From: Spirochaetia bacterium
Lineage (GTDB): Bacteria > Spirochaetota > Spirochaetia > CADAEX01
Assembly (NCBI GenBank): GCA_963662795.1
Contig: OY759746.1
Span: 3,136,001 to 3,200,000 of the forward strand
Direction: 5' to 3'
DNA: 64,000 bases
Below the pieces are notes generated by a model, which ran no database searches, was not told the DNA's origin, and was given only the letters and a program-made list of their open reading frames with translations. Made by a program: the position numbers and the translations under genes. Shown piece by piece: positions 39,264 to 49,748 of the stretch. Within the stretch, counting starts at the first letter, position 1. The number at the start of each line of letters is the position of its first letter.

Positions 39264-40284
39264 AAAGATACTGATGCTTTTTTTGCTCGTACTTTTTATT
39301 TTTTCCTGTAATAAACCGGAAAAGGATGAAAACTCAATACGCATCGGATTTTCAGCAGCATCCGATACATTCCTTCTTGAACGATGGGACCGTGATATCA
39401 AAATATTCATGACAACAGCACGGGAACTTGGAGCAGAGGTCATTTTTGCAAAGTCTCCGGGGAATGCTCTTGGACAGATACCACAGATCCAGTATCTGAT
39501 GGAGCAGAATATTGATGTGCTTGTCGTCATTCCTGAAGATATGGAACTTCTTTCCGGTATTATAAAAAAGATAATTGATAAAGGGATTCCTGTCCTTTCC
39601 TATGACAGACCAATTATGGGTGTCCCTATTACAGGGTATGTTTCATTTGACAACAAGGAGGTCGGACGCCTGCTTGCAGGGGCACTGACTTCTGTTGTCA
39701 AGACAGGAAATTATCTGATTGTTAACGGATCGGTACATGATAACAACAGTTTTGAAGTTAACAGGGGTGTGCATGAAGTTCTGGACCCGTTTATTGAAGA
39801 CGGGGACATCAGAGTTGTTGAAGAGATATGGCTGGATGAATGGAGCTTTGATGAAGCTACAGAAAAGATCGGCATGGTTCTTACCAAAACACTGGATATT
39901 CAGGCTGTTTCTGCCGCAAATGATATGATTGCAGAGGCTGCCATACGGCTTCTGTCTGAACGGCGGATGGCAGGGGAGGTTGCTGTCGCCGGACAGGATG
40001 CTGATTTATTATCCTGTCAAAGGGTTGTGGAGGGGACACAGTTAATGACAGTGTATAAACCCATACCGAGGCTCGCAGGACGTGCTGCCGAACTTGCCGT
40101 GCAGATGGCTTTGAAAAAGATCCCTGAACCCGAGCAATATATAAATAACAACAGCGGTCAGGATATTGCTTTTTTTGTTGAAACACCAATACCGGTATTT
40201 AAAGATCAGATGGATGAAACAGTGATTCGGGATGGGTTTCATTCAAAAAATGATGTTTATCGGAATATACCCTCACAGAATTGA
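39253..40284 (+). CDS. XylF-like sugar-binding lipoprotein
   Basis: Lipobox FSC, ERWDRD, SYDR, SFDN, GQDA, MTVYKP. Confidence 0.85.
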   Translation: MIYKKILMLFLLVLFIFSCNKPEKDENSIRIGFSAASDTFLLERWDRDIKIFMTTARELGAEVIFAKSPGNALGQIPQIQYLMEQNIDVLVVIPEDMELLSGIIKKIIDKGIPVLSYDRPIMGVPITGYVSFDNKEVGRLLAGALTSVVKTGNYLIVNGSVHDNNSFEVNRGVHEVLDPFIEDGDIRVVEEIWLDEWSFDEATEKIGMVLTKTLDIQAVSAANDMIAEAAIRLLSERRMAGEVAVAGQDADLLSCQRVVEGTQLMTVYKPIPRLAGRAAELAVQMALKKIPEPEQYINNNSGQDIAFFVETPIPVFKDQMDETVIRDGFHSKNDVYRNIPSQN

Positions 40285-40320
40285 TAACATAATTGTGCTA
40301 TTTATCCATTATTTTTTTAT

Positions 40321-40344
40321 CATCAGGTCATCTTTGACCTGATG
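40321..40344. other. Perfect hairpin upstream of the chvE-like gene
   Basis: CATCAGGTCA-tctt-TGACCTGATG. Confidence 0.5.
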
Positions 40345-40423
40345 ATTACATCTAAATCCTGTATCTAACGAAAAACTCTCATTATAAAATATAAATAATA
40401 AATTTTAAAATAAGGAGTTTATT

Positions 40424-41512
40424 ATGAAAAAATTATTTTTGCTGACTATTGTTGTACTTATTGCTTTTACTGCATTTACCGGATGTCAGAAAAAAAAAGA
40501 AGGACTAAGTATTGGTATTGCCATGCCTGAGACACATGTCGCCAGATGGGTAACTGATGGAGAAGCACTTAAAGCCAATGCTGAAGCTATGGGTTATACT
40601 GCGGAAGTCGCTTTCGGTGACGGAGATCAGCCCAAACAGAACAAGCAGATTGAGGATTTTATCACCAAAGGGGTAAAACTGATTGTTGTTGCCAGTATCA
40701 ATACAGGTGTTAATACCGTACTTGCGGATGCCGCGGCAGAAGGAATAGAAATTATTTCCTATGACAGGCTTCTTATGGATTCTGCTGATTTCAATTATTA
40801 CATAACATTTAACCTTACCAAGGTCGGTGAATTCCAGGGACAGGCCATTGTAGATGCCCTTGATCTGAGTAAGGCAGTGAAGCCGAAGTATATCACGCTT
40901 TTTGCGGGATCCCCGACAGATAATAATGCTTATTTCTTCTATGACGGCGCAATGAGTGTTCTTAATCCGTTTATTGATTCAGGTAAACTGAAAGTAGTAG
41001 GGCCATATCCCAGAACTTCTGCTGATAAGGAAAATTTCAACAGAATAGCTACCGAAGGATGGAGAGCGGAAATTGCCAAGGCCAGAATGGAAAATTTGCT
41101 TAATAATGATGCCAAGGATGTAGTCCTTGATGCTGTTCTTGCGCCCAACGATCCTGTCGGCAGGGCAATAATAGAAGCCTGCTCCAACGATGCCAAATAT
41201 GACAAAACCGAAACCCTGCCTGTTGTTACAGGTCAGGATGGAGAACTTGCGACTGTACAGTATATCCGTGACGGCAAACAGTACATGACTGTATTCAAGG
41301 ATTCAAGACTTCTTGCCAAAGCCACAATCCAGCTGGCTGATGCAATTCTTAAAAAAGTAAAACCGAATATTGAAGGCACAACCCTTACTGAGTTTAACAC
41401 CAACAAGAAAATGGTTGCAACTTACCTTCTTGCCCCGATTCTTGTAACAAAGGATAATTATAAAAAAATTATTATCGATAGCGGATATTACACGGAAGAT
41501 CAGTTGAAATAA
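40424..41512 (+). CDS. chvE: Multiple-monosaccharide ABC solute-binding lipoprotein (ChvE/XylF-like)
   Basis: IGIAMP...RW..DG, YDRL, GSPTDNNA, VVTGQD, MTVFKD. Confidence 0.8.
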   Translation: MKKLFLLTIVVLIAFTAFTGCQKKKEGLSIGIAMPETHVARWVTDGEALKANAEAMGYTAEVAFGDGDQPKQNKQIEDFITKGVKLIVVASINTGVNTVLADAAAEGIEIISYDRLLMDSADFNYYITFNLTKVGEFQGQAIVDALDLSKAVKPKYITLFAGSPTDNNAYFFYDGAMSVLNPFIDSGKLKVVGPYPRTSADKENFNRIATEGWRAEIAKARMENLLNNDAKDVVLDAVLAPNDPVGRAIIEACSNDAKYDKTETLPVVTGQDGELATVQYIRDGKQYMTVFKDSRLLAKATIQLADAILKKVKPNIEGTTLTEFNTNKKMVATYLLAPILVTKDNYKKIIIDSGYYTEDQLK

Positions 41513-41527
41513 TCAAAATAACAAGCA

Positions 41528-41567
41528 GGATTTAAAGGCGTTTATTTCAATAACGCTTTTAAATCCT
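41528..41567 (+). other. Stem-loop between SBP and ATPase genes (mRNA stabiliser or attenuator)
   Basis: GGATTTAAAGGCGTT / AACGCTTTTAAATCC. Confidence 0.6.
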
Positions 41568-41589
41568 TTATTTACAGGAAATAATTGCA

Positions 41590-43128
41590 GTGAGTGAATA
41601 TATACTGGAAGTTCAGAATCTGACCAAGACTTTCCCGGGAGTTAAAGCCCTGAATAATGTAAATTTCAGAGTAAAAAAGGGAGAAATACATTGCCTTTGC
41701 GGTGAAAACGGAGCAGGTAAATCAACTTTAATGAATGTCGTTAGCGGAGTACATCCTGCAGGCAGCTATGAAGGGAAAGTGTTTTTTCATGGAAAAGAAA
41801 CAAAATATAAAAGTGTCAGGGAAAGTGAAAATGAAAATTTGGCTATAATACACCAGGAACTTTCATTAAGCCCATATCTCTCTATTTTTGAAAATATTTT
41901 TCTGGGCCACATGAAAACCAGGTTCGGTATTATCAACTGGAACCAGCTTATTATGGATTCCCGACCTTATCTTGAAAAGGTTGGTCTTCATGAAAATCCT
42001 GAAACAATTGTAAGCAAAATGGGTGTGGGTAAACAGCAGCTTGTGGAAATTGCGAGGGCACTGTCAAAAAAAGTTGAGCTTTTAATTCTGGATGAACCCA
42101 CGTCTTCGTTAAATGATAAAGAAAGTGAACAGCTGCTTGAGCTGATACTGGGTTTAAAACAGGTCGGTATTACCTGTGTTATGATATCTCATAAACTAAA
42201 TGAAATTCTGAAAATCGCTGATACCATCACAATCCTGAGAGACGGTGAATCAATAACATCCTTTGATACAGGTAAAGAAAATATTACTGAATCAATGATT
42301 ATACAGAAAATGGTCGGCCGTGACATGACCAACCGGTTTCCTGTGAAAAAACATAAGATCAGTGAAGAAATTGTAATGGAGGTTCGGGACTGGTGTGTGT
42401 ATCATCCCGAATATCCTGATTATGCTGTTGTCAGGAATGCCTCTTTTAAACTGAGAAAAGGGGAAATACTTGTTTTCTGCGGTCTTATGGGAGCCGGCAG
42501 AACAGAATTAATGATGAGTATTTTCGGCCGTGCCTACGGGTCCCATTGTTCGGGGAAATTATATCTTAACGGTAAAGAAATGGTTTTTCACTCGCCGAAG
42601 GACGCAATAGCACATGGACTGGGATATGTATCGGAAGACAGAAAGGCCCTGGGATTAATCCTTTTACAGGATGTTAAGAATAATATCAGCAATTCCAGTC
42701 TGAAAAAGATATCTCAATTCGGAATTGTCAATAAAGATAAGGAAAGAGTTGAAGCTGAAAAATACAGGAAAGAACTTGATATTAAAACTCCCTCAATAGA
42801 CCAGCAGGTGAAAAACCTCAGCGGGGGAAATCAGCAGAAGGTTGTTTTGAGCCGCTGTCTGATGGCTGGCCCTTCCATCTTTATTGTAGATGAACCGACT
42901 AGGGGTATTGACGTCGGTGCTAAATATGAAATTTACTGCATACTCAATGATTTAGTCAGTCGTGGTAACAGTGTCATTATGATATCGTCTGAAATGCCTG
43001 AAGCCATTGGTATGGCTGACAGGATATATGTAATGAATGAAGGGGTAATAAAAGGCGAGTTATCCAGAGGCGAAGCATCCGAAGGGAAAATAATGACTAT
43101 GGCCTTACAGAGAATTCAGGAGAAATAA
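41590..43128 (+). CDS. Monosaccharide ABC ATPase (MmsA/GguA/XylG-like)
   Basis: GENGAGKST, two NBDs, LSGGNQQK, DEPTRGIDVGAK. Confidence 0.92.
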   Translation: MSEYILEVQNLTKTFPGVKALNNVNFRVKKGEIHCLCGENGAGKSTLMNVVSGVHPAGSYEGKVFFHGKETKYKSVRESENENLAIIHQELSLSPYLSIFENIFLGHMKTRFGIINWNQLIMDSRPYLEKVGLHENPETIVSKMGVGKQQLVEIARALSKKVELLILDEPTSSLNDKESEQLLELILGLKQVGITCVMISHKLNEILKIADTITILRDGESITSFDTGKENITESMIIQKMVGRDMTNRFPVKKHKISEEIVMEVRDWCVYHPEYPDYAVVRNASFKLRKGEILVFCGLMGAGRTELMMSIFGRAYGSHCSGKLYLNGKEMVFHSPKDAIAHGLGYVSEDRKALGLILLQDVKNNISNSSLKKISQFGIVNKDKERVEAEKYRKELDIKTPSIDQQVKNLSGGNQQKVVLSRCLMAGPSIFIVDEPTRGIDVGAKYEIYCILNDLVSRGNSVIMISSEMPEAIGMADRIYVMNEGVIKGELSRGEASEGKIMTMALQRIQEK

Positions 43129-44325
43129 ATGAATAATAATAACGCATTAGGAGCAACACAGAGTTTTCTTCTGGTGGCAAAAGAAAATATGCGAAAATAT
43201 ACTATGTTTATTATGCTTGTGGTTATTGTTCTCGGGTTTGCCGTACTTACCGGAGGGGTTAACATAAATCCGAGGAACTTTACCAATATCTTTATTCAGA
43301 ATAGTTATATACTTGTGCTTGCTGTAGGAATGGTTCTGGTTATTGTAGTCGGAAATATTGATCTTTCCGTAGGGTCTGTCGCTGCCTTTACAGGGGCTAT
43401 TGCCGCAATTATTTACAACGCCGGTTTTGGTATAGTGATTACAGTAATATTGACTATTATGGCGGGGCTTGTCATAGGTGCTTTTCAGGGTTACTGGATA
43501 GCATATGCAAAGATTCCGGCGTTTATTGTAACTCTTGCCGGTATGCTTCTGTTCAGGGGCCTTACCTACATTATAACCAATGTTACACCGATTACTCCTA
43601 AAACAGATGTATTTAAAAAGATTGCTTCAGGTACTGTTTCCTTTAATTTTCTTAAAATCAATGATCTTCATCTGCTACCCGTTATTCTTGGAATAATAAT
43701 TGTTTTTTCGTTTGTTCTGTTTTCTGTTTCAGACAGGCAGAAGAAAATTAAAAACAATTTCCACCTTCTTCCCGTAGCTTATTTCATACTTGAGCTTGTT
43801 TTTATTTCCGCTATTATCATGATTCTATGCTTTCAGTTTGCCCGTTACAGAGGGCTTCCGATAGTATTTGTTATACTGGGAATAACAATCGTAATATTTA
43901 CATTTATAACCAGAAATACAATTTTCGGCAGATATATCTATGCGGTAGGTGGTAATTCGCGTTCTGCAAAACTGTCGGGAATAAATTCAGAACGTATTGT
44001 ATTCTTTGTACACACAATAATGGGGGGATTATGCGGATTATCTGGTGTAGTCTTTACTGCGTATATGAATTCCGCTCTCCCGAAAGCAGGGGAACTATTT
44101 GAACTCGAAGCCATTGCGGCCTGTTTCATCGGCGGTGCTTCAGCTTCCGGAGGTATAGGAACAATTATGGGTGCGATTATGGGCGGGCTTATAATGGGGG
44201 TAATAAACAACGGAATGTCACTGATGAATGTCGGAGCAAACTGGCAGTATGTTGTAAAAGCCCTGGTTCTGCTGATGGCGGTCTGGTATGATATTTATAC
44301 AAGAAAGAAAGCCGGAATGGTATGA
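43129..44325 (+). CDS. Monosaccharide ABC permease (MmsB/GguB/XylH-like)
   Basis: IDLSVGS, IPAFIVTLAG, GGN..SAKLSGI, ELEAIAACFIGG. Confidence 0.92.
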   Translation: MNNNNALGATQSFLLVAKENMRKYTMFIMLVVIVLGFAVLTGGVNINPRNFTNIFIQNSYILVLAVGMVLVIVVGNIDLSVGSVAAFTGAIAAIIYNAGFGIVITVILTIMAGLVIGAFQGYWIAYAKIPAFIVTLAGMLLFRGLTYIITNVTPITPKTDVFKKIASGTVSFNFLKINDLHLLPVILGIIIVFSFVLFSVSDRQKKIKNNFHLLPVAYFILELVFISAIIMILCFQFARYRGLPIVFVILGITIVIFTFITRNTIFGRYIYAVGGNSRSAKLSGINSERIVFFVHTIMGGLCGLSGVVFTAYMNSALPKAGELFELEAIAACFIGGASASGGIGTIMGAIMGGLIMGVINNGMSLMNVGANWQYVVKALVLLMAVWYDIYTRKKAGMV

Positions 44326-44429
44326 AAAATCTTCCCGTTTGAGACAATTTATATAATAAAATTGCCATTCATCATGACGCGTGTTAAACTTTGCTATTAT
44401 ATAAAATATTAATAAGGAGATTTCTGGTT

Positions 44430-45443
44430 ATGAACAGATCAATGAAGATTTTCATTATTTTGATTGTGATGTTGCTGGCTGCGGGGATGCTGTTTGCCCA
44501 GCAGGGGAAGAAGGAAGTTTCTGTTTATACAAGCGTTGAGGAAGGGACTTCAAAGAAATTACTAGATGCGTTCAGCGCTGATACCGGCATCAAGGTAAAC
44601 TTTGTGCACCTGTCCTCAGGCCCTGCTCTCGCGAGAATCAAGGCCGAGATGAACAACCCCCAGGCTGATGTCTGGATGGGCGCGCCAAGTGAAAACCATA
44701 TAATTGCAAAAAATGACGGCTTAAGCCAGCCTTACAAGGGGGGAGACTTCGCAAAGCTTCAGGACAGCTTCAAGGATTCTGAAGGGTACTGGAGAAGTTT
44801 TTACATGAACCCTATGGCTTTTGCGGTTAACATGGAGGTTTTAAAAAGACTTGGAGCGCCAAAACCCATGTCATGGGCAGATCTTTTAAATCCCCTCTAC
44901 AAGGGACAGATACAAATGCCGACTCCGCAGGCCTCAGGGACTGCCTACAATATCGTGGCAAGTCTTGTTTCAATAAACGGCGAGGATAAGGCTTATGACT
45001 ATATGAAAAAACTCAATCCAAGCGTTCAGACATACACATCATCCGGTACAGGCCCATCCAAAGGGGTTTCTGTAGGTCAGTGTGCCATCGGCATCCAGTT
45101 TACCCCTGCCTTTTTTGAATTTATTGAAAACGGATATCCTCTTGAAGTAATTTACCCGAAAGAGGGTGTCTGGTTTGAAGCTCCGGCAGTATCAATCCTG
45201 AAAGGTGCCAGGAATGCTGATTCGGCAAAAGCGCTTGTAGACTGGCTTGTTTCAAAGAAGGGGCAGGATTTTCTTACCGACGCGAAAACATTCTTCTATC
45301 CTGTAATTCCGGAAGCAAAACTGGGTAAAGGAATGCCTGCGTTTGAATCGCTTAAAACTGTGAATGTTGATGTTAAATGGGCCGGCGACAACAAAAAACG
45401 TCTTGTTGAGCGCTGGGTGAACGAGGTTCTTCCCGCAAAATAA
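44430..45443 (+). CDS. ABC solute-binding protein (AfuA/Fe3+-type)
   Basis: AAGGAG RBS, signal peptide, NPQADVW, PQASGTAY. Confidence 0.88.
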   Translation: MNRSMKIFIILIVMLLAAGMLFAQQGKKEVSVYTSVEEGTSKKLLDAFSADTGIKVNFVHLSSGPALARIKAEMNNPQADVWMGAPSENHIIAKNDGLSQPYKGGDFAKLQDSFKDSEGYWRSFYMNPMAFAVNMEVLKRLGAPKPMSWADLLNPLYKGQIQMPTPQASGTAYNIVASLVSINGEDKAYDYMKKLNPSVQTYTSSGTGPSKGVSVGQCAIGIQFTPAFFEFIENGYPLEVIYPKEGVWFEAPAVSILKGARNADSAKALVDWLVSKKGQDFLTDAKTFFYPVIPEAKLGKGMPAFESLKTVNVDVKWAGDNKKRLVERWVNEVLPAK

Positions 45444-45528
45444 AATAGTGTTATGATTCTGCCGGCAGGCAAAAAAAATACTGCTGTCCGGCAGATTTTT
45501 ATCTATGTTTTACGGAGAGCAACAGAGC

Positions 45529-47244
45529 ATGATTATACCTGCTGCATTAAAAAATCTTAACCGTTTCCGCTCATGGCGGGAGCTTAAAACAGCCTCTCGC
45601 GATCCTCTTCTTCTTTTTACAATTATCCTTATTTTATCGTCACTGGTAATATTTATCCTCTATCCGCTTTTGAGCGTTGTCATAACAAGCTTTAAAACAG
45701 GCCCCGGGGCTCCTTTTACCCTGTCAATATTTAAAGAGGTTATTGCATCAGCATACCTGAGGCTCGCATTCATGAACAGCATCATGATGGGTTTACTTAC
45801 CGCGGTACTGGGTTCTTTTGTGGGGTTTATTTTTGCCTATGCGCTTTCAAGGACTGATATCCCGTTCAAAAAATTCTTTCACATCATCGCGATTATTCCT
45901 GTTGTCTCGCCTCCCTTTATTGGAGCACTTTCCATTATCATGCTTTTCGGAAATAACGGGCTTATTACATATTCTCTCTTTAAAATTATGAACTACCCCA
46001 TCTACGGGATAAGGGGTCTGCTGCTTGCGCAGGTTATCACCTTTTTCCCGATAGCCTACATCACGCTCCGGGGGGTAATAGATTCCATCAGCCCGACACT
46101 TGAGGATGCCGCCCTTGACCTTGGCGGTTCGAGGTGGAAGGTGTTTAAAAAGGTGACGCTTCCCCTTACAATACCCGGAATCGCCAGCGCCATGCTTGTC
46201 CTTTTTATTGAGACACTTGCCGATTTCGGTAATCCCCTGATCCTTGCCGGCAGCCAGTTCCCTGTGCTGTCAGTTCAGGCTTATCTGCAGATTACAGGAA
46301 TGTATGACCTTCCAAAAGGTTCAGCCCTTGCAATCCTTCTCCTTGTTCCATCCATCACGGCATATTTTCTGCAGAAATACTGGGTCTCAAGAAAACAGTA
46401 TGTGACAATTACAGGAAAACCGACAACATCGGCACTCAAATCAGTCAGCCCGGCTGCGAAATGGCTCCTTTTTTCCGTATGCCTTTTTATAGCCGGTGTT
46501 ATTCTCTTAATTTATATAACAATTCTCTGGGGTTCGTTCGCAAAGGTGTGGGGATATGACAATAATCTTACCCTTGCACATTTTAAATATGTATATGAAG
46601 TGGGATTCAAGGCAGTTATTGACACTTTGACGATCGCGGGAATTTCTACTCCTGTTGCCGGTATTCTCGGCATGATTATTGCCTTCCTTGTTATCAGAAA
46701 AAAATTCCCCGGAAGATATTTTATGGAGTTCACTTCAATGCTCAGTTTCGCAGTCCCCGGAACTGTTATCGGTATTGGTTATATCCTCGCTTTCAACAAA
46801 CCGCCGATACTCCTTACCGGGACGCTATTAATACTTCTATTGAACTTTATTTTCAGGTACATCCCTGTCGGGATACAGTCGGGTATCGCAATACTGCGCC
46901 AAGTAGATCCTTCCATAGAAGAGGCTGCAATAGACCTGGGCGCGGATTCGGGGAAAACCTTTTTTAAAATAACGCTTCCCCTTATGGTACCGGCGTTTTT
47001 CTCGGGCCTTATTTTTTCATTTGTAAGGGCGATGACAGCTATTAGCGCGGTTATTTTCCTGGTTTCATCCAGATGGAACCTTATGACTGTACAGATCATG
47101 TCGCAGACCGAATCCGGCAGACTGGGCGCAGCGGCTGCATACAGCGTAATCCTTGTTGTCCTGATACTGCTTGCAATACTGTTAATAAGATCAATCCTTG
47201 TTTTCCGCTACGGCAGATTCGGCGGGACAATGCTAAAGATATGA
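45529..47244 (+). CDS. ABC permease (FbpB/AfuB-type)
   Basis: SPPF, two EAA loops, ADFGNP; start could also be 45505. Confidence 0.9.
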   Translation: MIIPAALKNLNRFRSWRELKTASRDPLLLFTIILILSSLVIFILYPLLSVVITSFKTGPGAPFTLSIFKEVIASAYLRLAFMNSIMMGLLTAVLGSFVGFIFAYALSRTDIPFKKFFHIIAIIPVVSPPFIGALSIIMLFGNNGLITYSLFKIMNYPIYGIRGLLLAQVITFFPIAYITLRGVIDSISPTLEDAALDLGGSRWKVFKKVTLPLTIPGIASAMLVLFIETLADFGNPLILAGSQFPVLSVQAYLQITGMYDLPKGSALAILLLVPSITAYFLQKYWVSRKQYVTITGKPTTSALKSVSPAAKWLLFSVCLFIAGVILLIYITILWGSFAKVWGYDNNLTLAHFKYVYEVGFKAVIDTLTIAGISTPVAGILGMIIAFLVIRKKFPGRYFMEFTSMLSFAVPGTVIGIGYILAFNKPPILLTGTLLILLLNFIFRYIPVGIQSGIAILRQVDPSIEEAAIDLGADSGKTFFKITLPLMVPAFFSGLIFSFVRAMTAISAVIFLVSSRWNLMTVQIMSQTESGRLGAAAAYSVILVVLILLAILLIRSILVFRYGRFGGTMLKI

Positions 47245-47270
47245 ATTAAAAATTACAGGGGAGCATCGTT

Positions 47271-48359
47271 ATGGGAGTCAAGCTTGTAAATATAACAAAG
47301 ATATTCACCGATCCCGCGCATCCTGAAAAAAGGGTACACGCAGTGAATAATGCCAATATTGAAGTCGCAGACGGGGAGTTCGTGACATTCCTCGGACCTT
47401 CAGGGTGCGGAAAAACTACCACACTCAGAATTATTTCAGGTTTTGAAAACCCGACGGAAGGGGAGGTCTGGATATCGGGTAAAATGGTCAATGATCAGCC
47501 TCCCAACAGACGCGACACCTCAATGGTATTTCAAAGTTATGCGATATTTCCCCATCTATCTGTCGGCCAGAACATCGGTTTCGGTCTTGAGCTTAAGGAG
47601 AGACCGAAAAAGGAAATAAAGCAGGAAGTTGAAAAAATAATGAAGGTAATGGACCTTAAGGACCTCATAAACAGACGGCCTGATCAGCTCTCAGGCGGAC
47701 AGCAGCAGAGGGTTGCCCTTGCAAGGGCAATAATCAACAGGCCCGGAGTACTTCTGTTTGACGAGCCTCTATCAAATCTTGACGCAAAACTTCGGGATCA
47801 GATGCGTCTTGAAATAAGGAGGATACAGCAGACTTTCGGCATAACAAGCATTTATGTAACCCATGACCAGTCAGAGGCTATGACGGTTTCAGACAGGATT
47901 GTTGTAATGAATGAAGGGAACATCATGCAGACAGGGGCTCCCTTTGAAATCTATTCACGACCTGCAAACAATTTTGTCGCGGATTTTATCGGCAGGGTCA
48001 ATTTCTTTGAAGGGACCGCGGTATTGACTGACAAAGAGGGAATTGAAGTCCGCTTTGCGGGAGGGGCCGTTAAAAAAATCGCAAGCTCATCAGGCGAAAT
48101 AAGGGATGGTGGACCTGTTCTTGTAACTGTAAGGCCTGAATCGCTTCGTCTTTATCACAGCAGTGAGAGAAAAGGATTTATCGACGGGGAAATATCAAAA
48201 TCAGTTTATCTGGGTCCTGTTGTGGAATATGAAATTGATACAGGCAGCGGCAAGCCTGTTCTGGCTGTCACCCACAATCCTGTTGAGGAAGGTTTTTTCA
48301 GGCTTGGCGAGAAGGTTACGGCAGACTTCAATCCTGTATCCGCGCATGTGCTTGTCTGA
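47271..48359 (+). CDS. ABC ATPase (FbpC/PotA-like)
   Basis: GPSGCGKT, LSGGQQQR, DEPLSNLD, TOBE tail. Confidence 0.93.
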   Translation: MGVKLVNITKIFTDPAHPEKRVHAVNNANIEVADGEFVTFLGPSGCGKTTTLRIISGFENPTEGEVWISGKMVNDQPPNRRDTSMVFQSYAIFPHLSVGQNIGFGLELKERPKKEIKQEVEKIMKVMDLKDLINRRPDQLSGGQQQRVALARAIINRPGVLLFDEPLSNLDAKLRDQMRLEIRRIQQTFGITSIYVTHDQSEAMTVSDRIVVMNEGNIMQTGAPFEIYSRPANNFVADFIGRVNFFEGTAVLTDKEGIEVRFAGGAVKKIASSSGEIRDGGPVLVTVRPESLRLYHSSERKGFIDGEISKSVYLGPVVEYEIDTGSGKPVLAVTHNPVEEGFFRLGEKVTADFNPVSAHVLV

Positions 48360-48386
48360 AATAAAGGTATCCGGATATGGCGCGGA

Positions 48387-49025
48387 TCAGTAAGCCTTGT
48401 TTATAGCGCTTTCGATAAGCCGGTTTCTTTTGCATTCAATCTGAAACCTTACCATCGAATCAAAAACATCCATTAACCCTTTAGCATCAATTTCCCGGCT
48501 GCAGATATCCGCCTCCTGGAGTTCCCTGATTAAATAGTAGGCGGATTCAATTGTCGAAAGGCAATATGGGGCAGGCTGAGTTTTGAATTTATATGCGGAC
48601 CTGTAGTCATCTGTAAAAGAAAGACGGGGCAGTTTTTGAAGGCTCCGGCTCATATACATCATTTTCCTGGCCTGTCTCCATGTCGCGTCAAGAAGGAAAA
48701 TGAGAAGCTGTCTGTCCTTAATATTGGATTTAAAATCTTCCGACCCGGCTGAAACAACATCCTTTCCCGGGTAGAGCATCATCGGATAATACAACGGGTC
48801 TGACAACAATTCCTGTGTCCGTGGATTATCATCAAATGATTTGTCAATGATAATTTCTGAATTTTCAAGTGACAGGGACGCTAGTCTGCCTGTCCCTGTC
48901 TTCTGCTGATAGGCTTCAACAGGATGCATGAGAAAAATAAATTTAATCCCTGTATCGACCGGCGATATCTGACTGCAGTAACAGGACTTGAGCGACCGGA
49001 AACATTTAAGACAGCGTAAAGACAT
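48387..49025 (-). CDS. DTW-domain tRNA-uridine aminocarboxypropyltransferase
   Basis: C..C......C.C N terminus, HP.E...TGTG, LDATW, LSTIE. Confidence 0.88.
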   Translation of the reverse strand: MSLRCLKCFRSLKSCYCSQISPVDTGIKFIFLMHPVEAYQQKTGTGRLASLSLENSEIIIDKSFDDNPRTQELLSDPLYYPMMLYPGKDVVSAGSEDFKSNIKDRQLLIFLLDATWRQARKMMYMSRSLQKLPRLSFTDDYRSAYKFKTQPAPYCLSTIESAYYLIRELQEADICSREIDAKGLMDVFDSMVRFQIECKRNRLIESAINKAY

Positions 49026-49064
49026 ATAATTCAGGGTATTCTGCCATTGGATTATTTACAAGCT

Positions 49065-49370
49065 TCTGTTTCTTTAAACTGATAAAAATATTTTCATGAG
49101 TAAAATTCTATTGCGTCCATCCGGGCCTTCAGTAATATCGGCAAGGCGGGATTCCGCGAATCCGGACTGCCTGAGTCCCGTAATATCTCCCGGACCCCGC
49201 AGACGGAGATCCTCTTCCGCAATTTTAAAGCCGTCATTTGTATCTTTTATTATTCTTAATCTTGCCTTCGCCTCTTCTGTCATCTCTCTGGTAAAAACAA
49301 GAAAAGTGTATGAGGGATAGCTGCTTATGCCTATTCTTCCCCGCAGCTGATGCAGTGCTGTAAGGCCGAA
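49065..49370 (-). pseudogene. recG: Displaced, diverged copy of the recG 3' end
   Basis: Direct repeat of about 55085-55409 encoding FGLTALHQLRGRIG...DGFKIAEEDLRLRGPG; 43 bp identical (49328-70 = 55367-409). Confidence 0.92.
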
Positions 49371-49748
49371 CCTCTATTCAGGCTTCTGGTGGCAAATGAA
49401 ATGATTATCCCCTATATCTGTGAGTACATGTCTGTTCGGAATTGCGGAATGATAATTTCATAAACAGGCTTTCTTGTTGTTGTTGGATACAGAATTTCAA
49501 CAAGAATAGAGTTTTTTATTTTTATGGCAGTAAAGGCTATTACAAGTATAATTGGCCTTTTTATCGGGCAGAATTTTATTGCCGAAAAACCTGGGCAGGT
49601 GAGGGAAGGTATTAAAAAAGGACAATATAGTTACTGTTATGCCTGGGGCTTGCTTTTTTTCAGTGTTGTTCATTTTTCTGAAACTGTTAAGTTAAACACA
49701 TTAATTGATGTATCGGCTTAAATTGCAAGTGCTTCCCTGTTTGATTCA

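Noticed and set aside
49381-49721. 65-aa ORF and nearby fragments at the island edge
   Set aside because: No RBS or recognisable family; possibly decayed gene debris but unsupported
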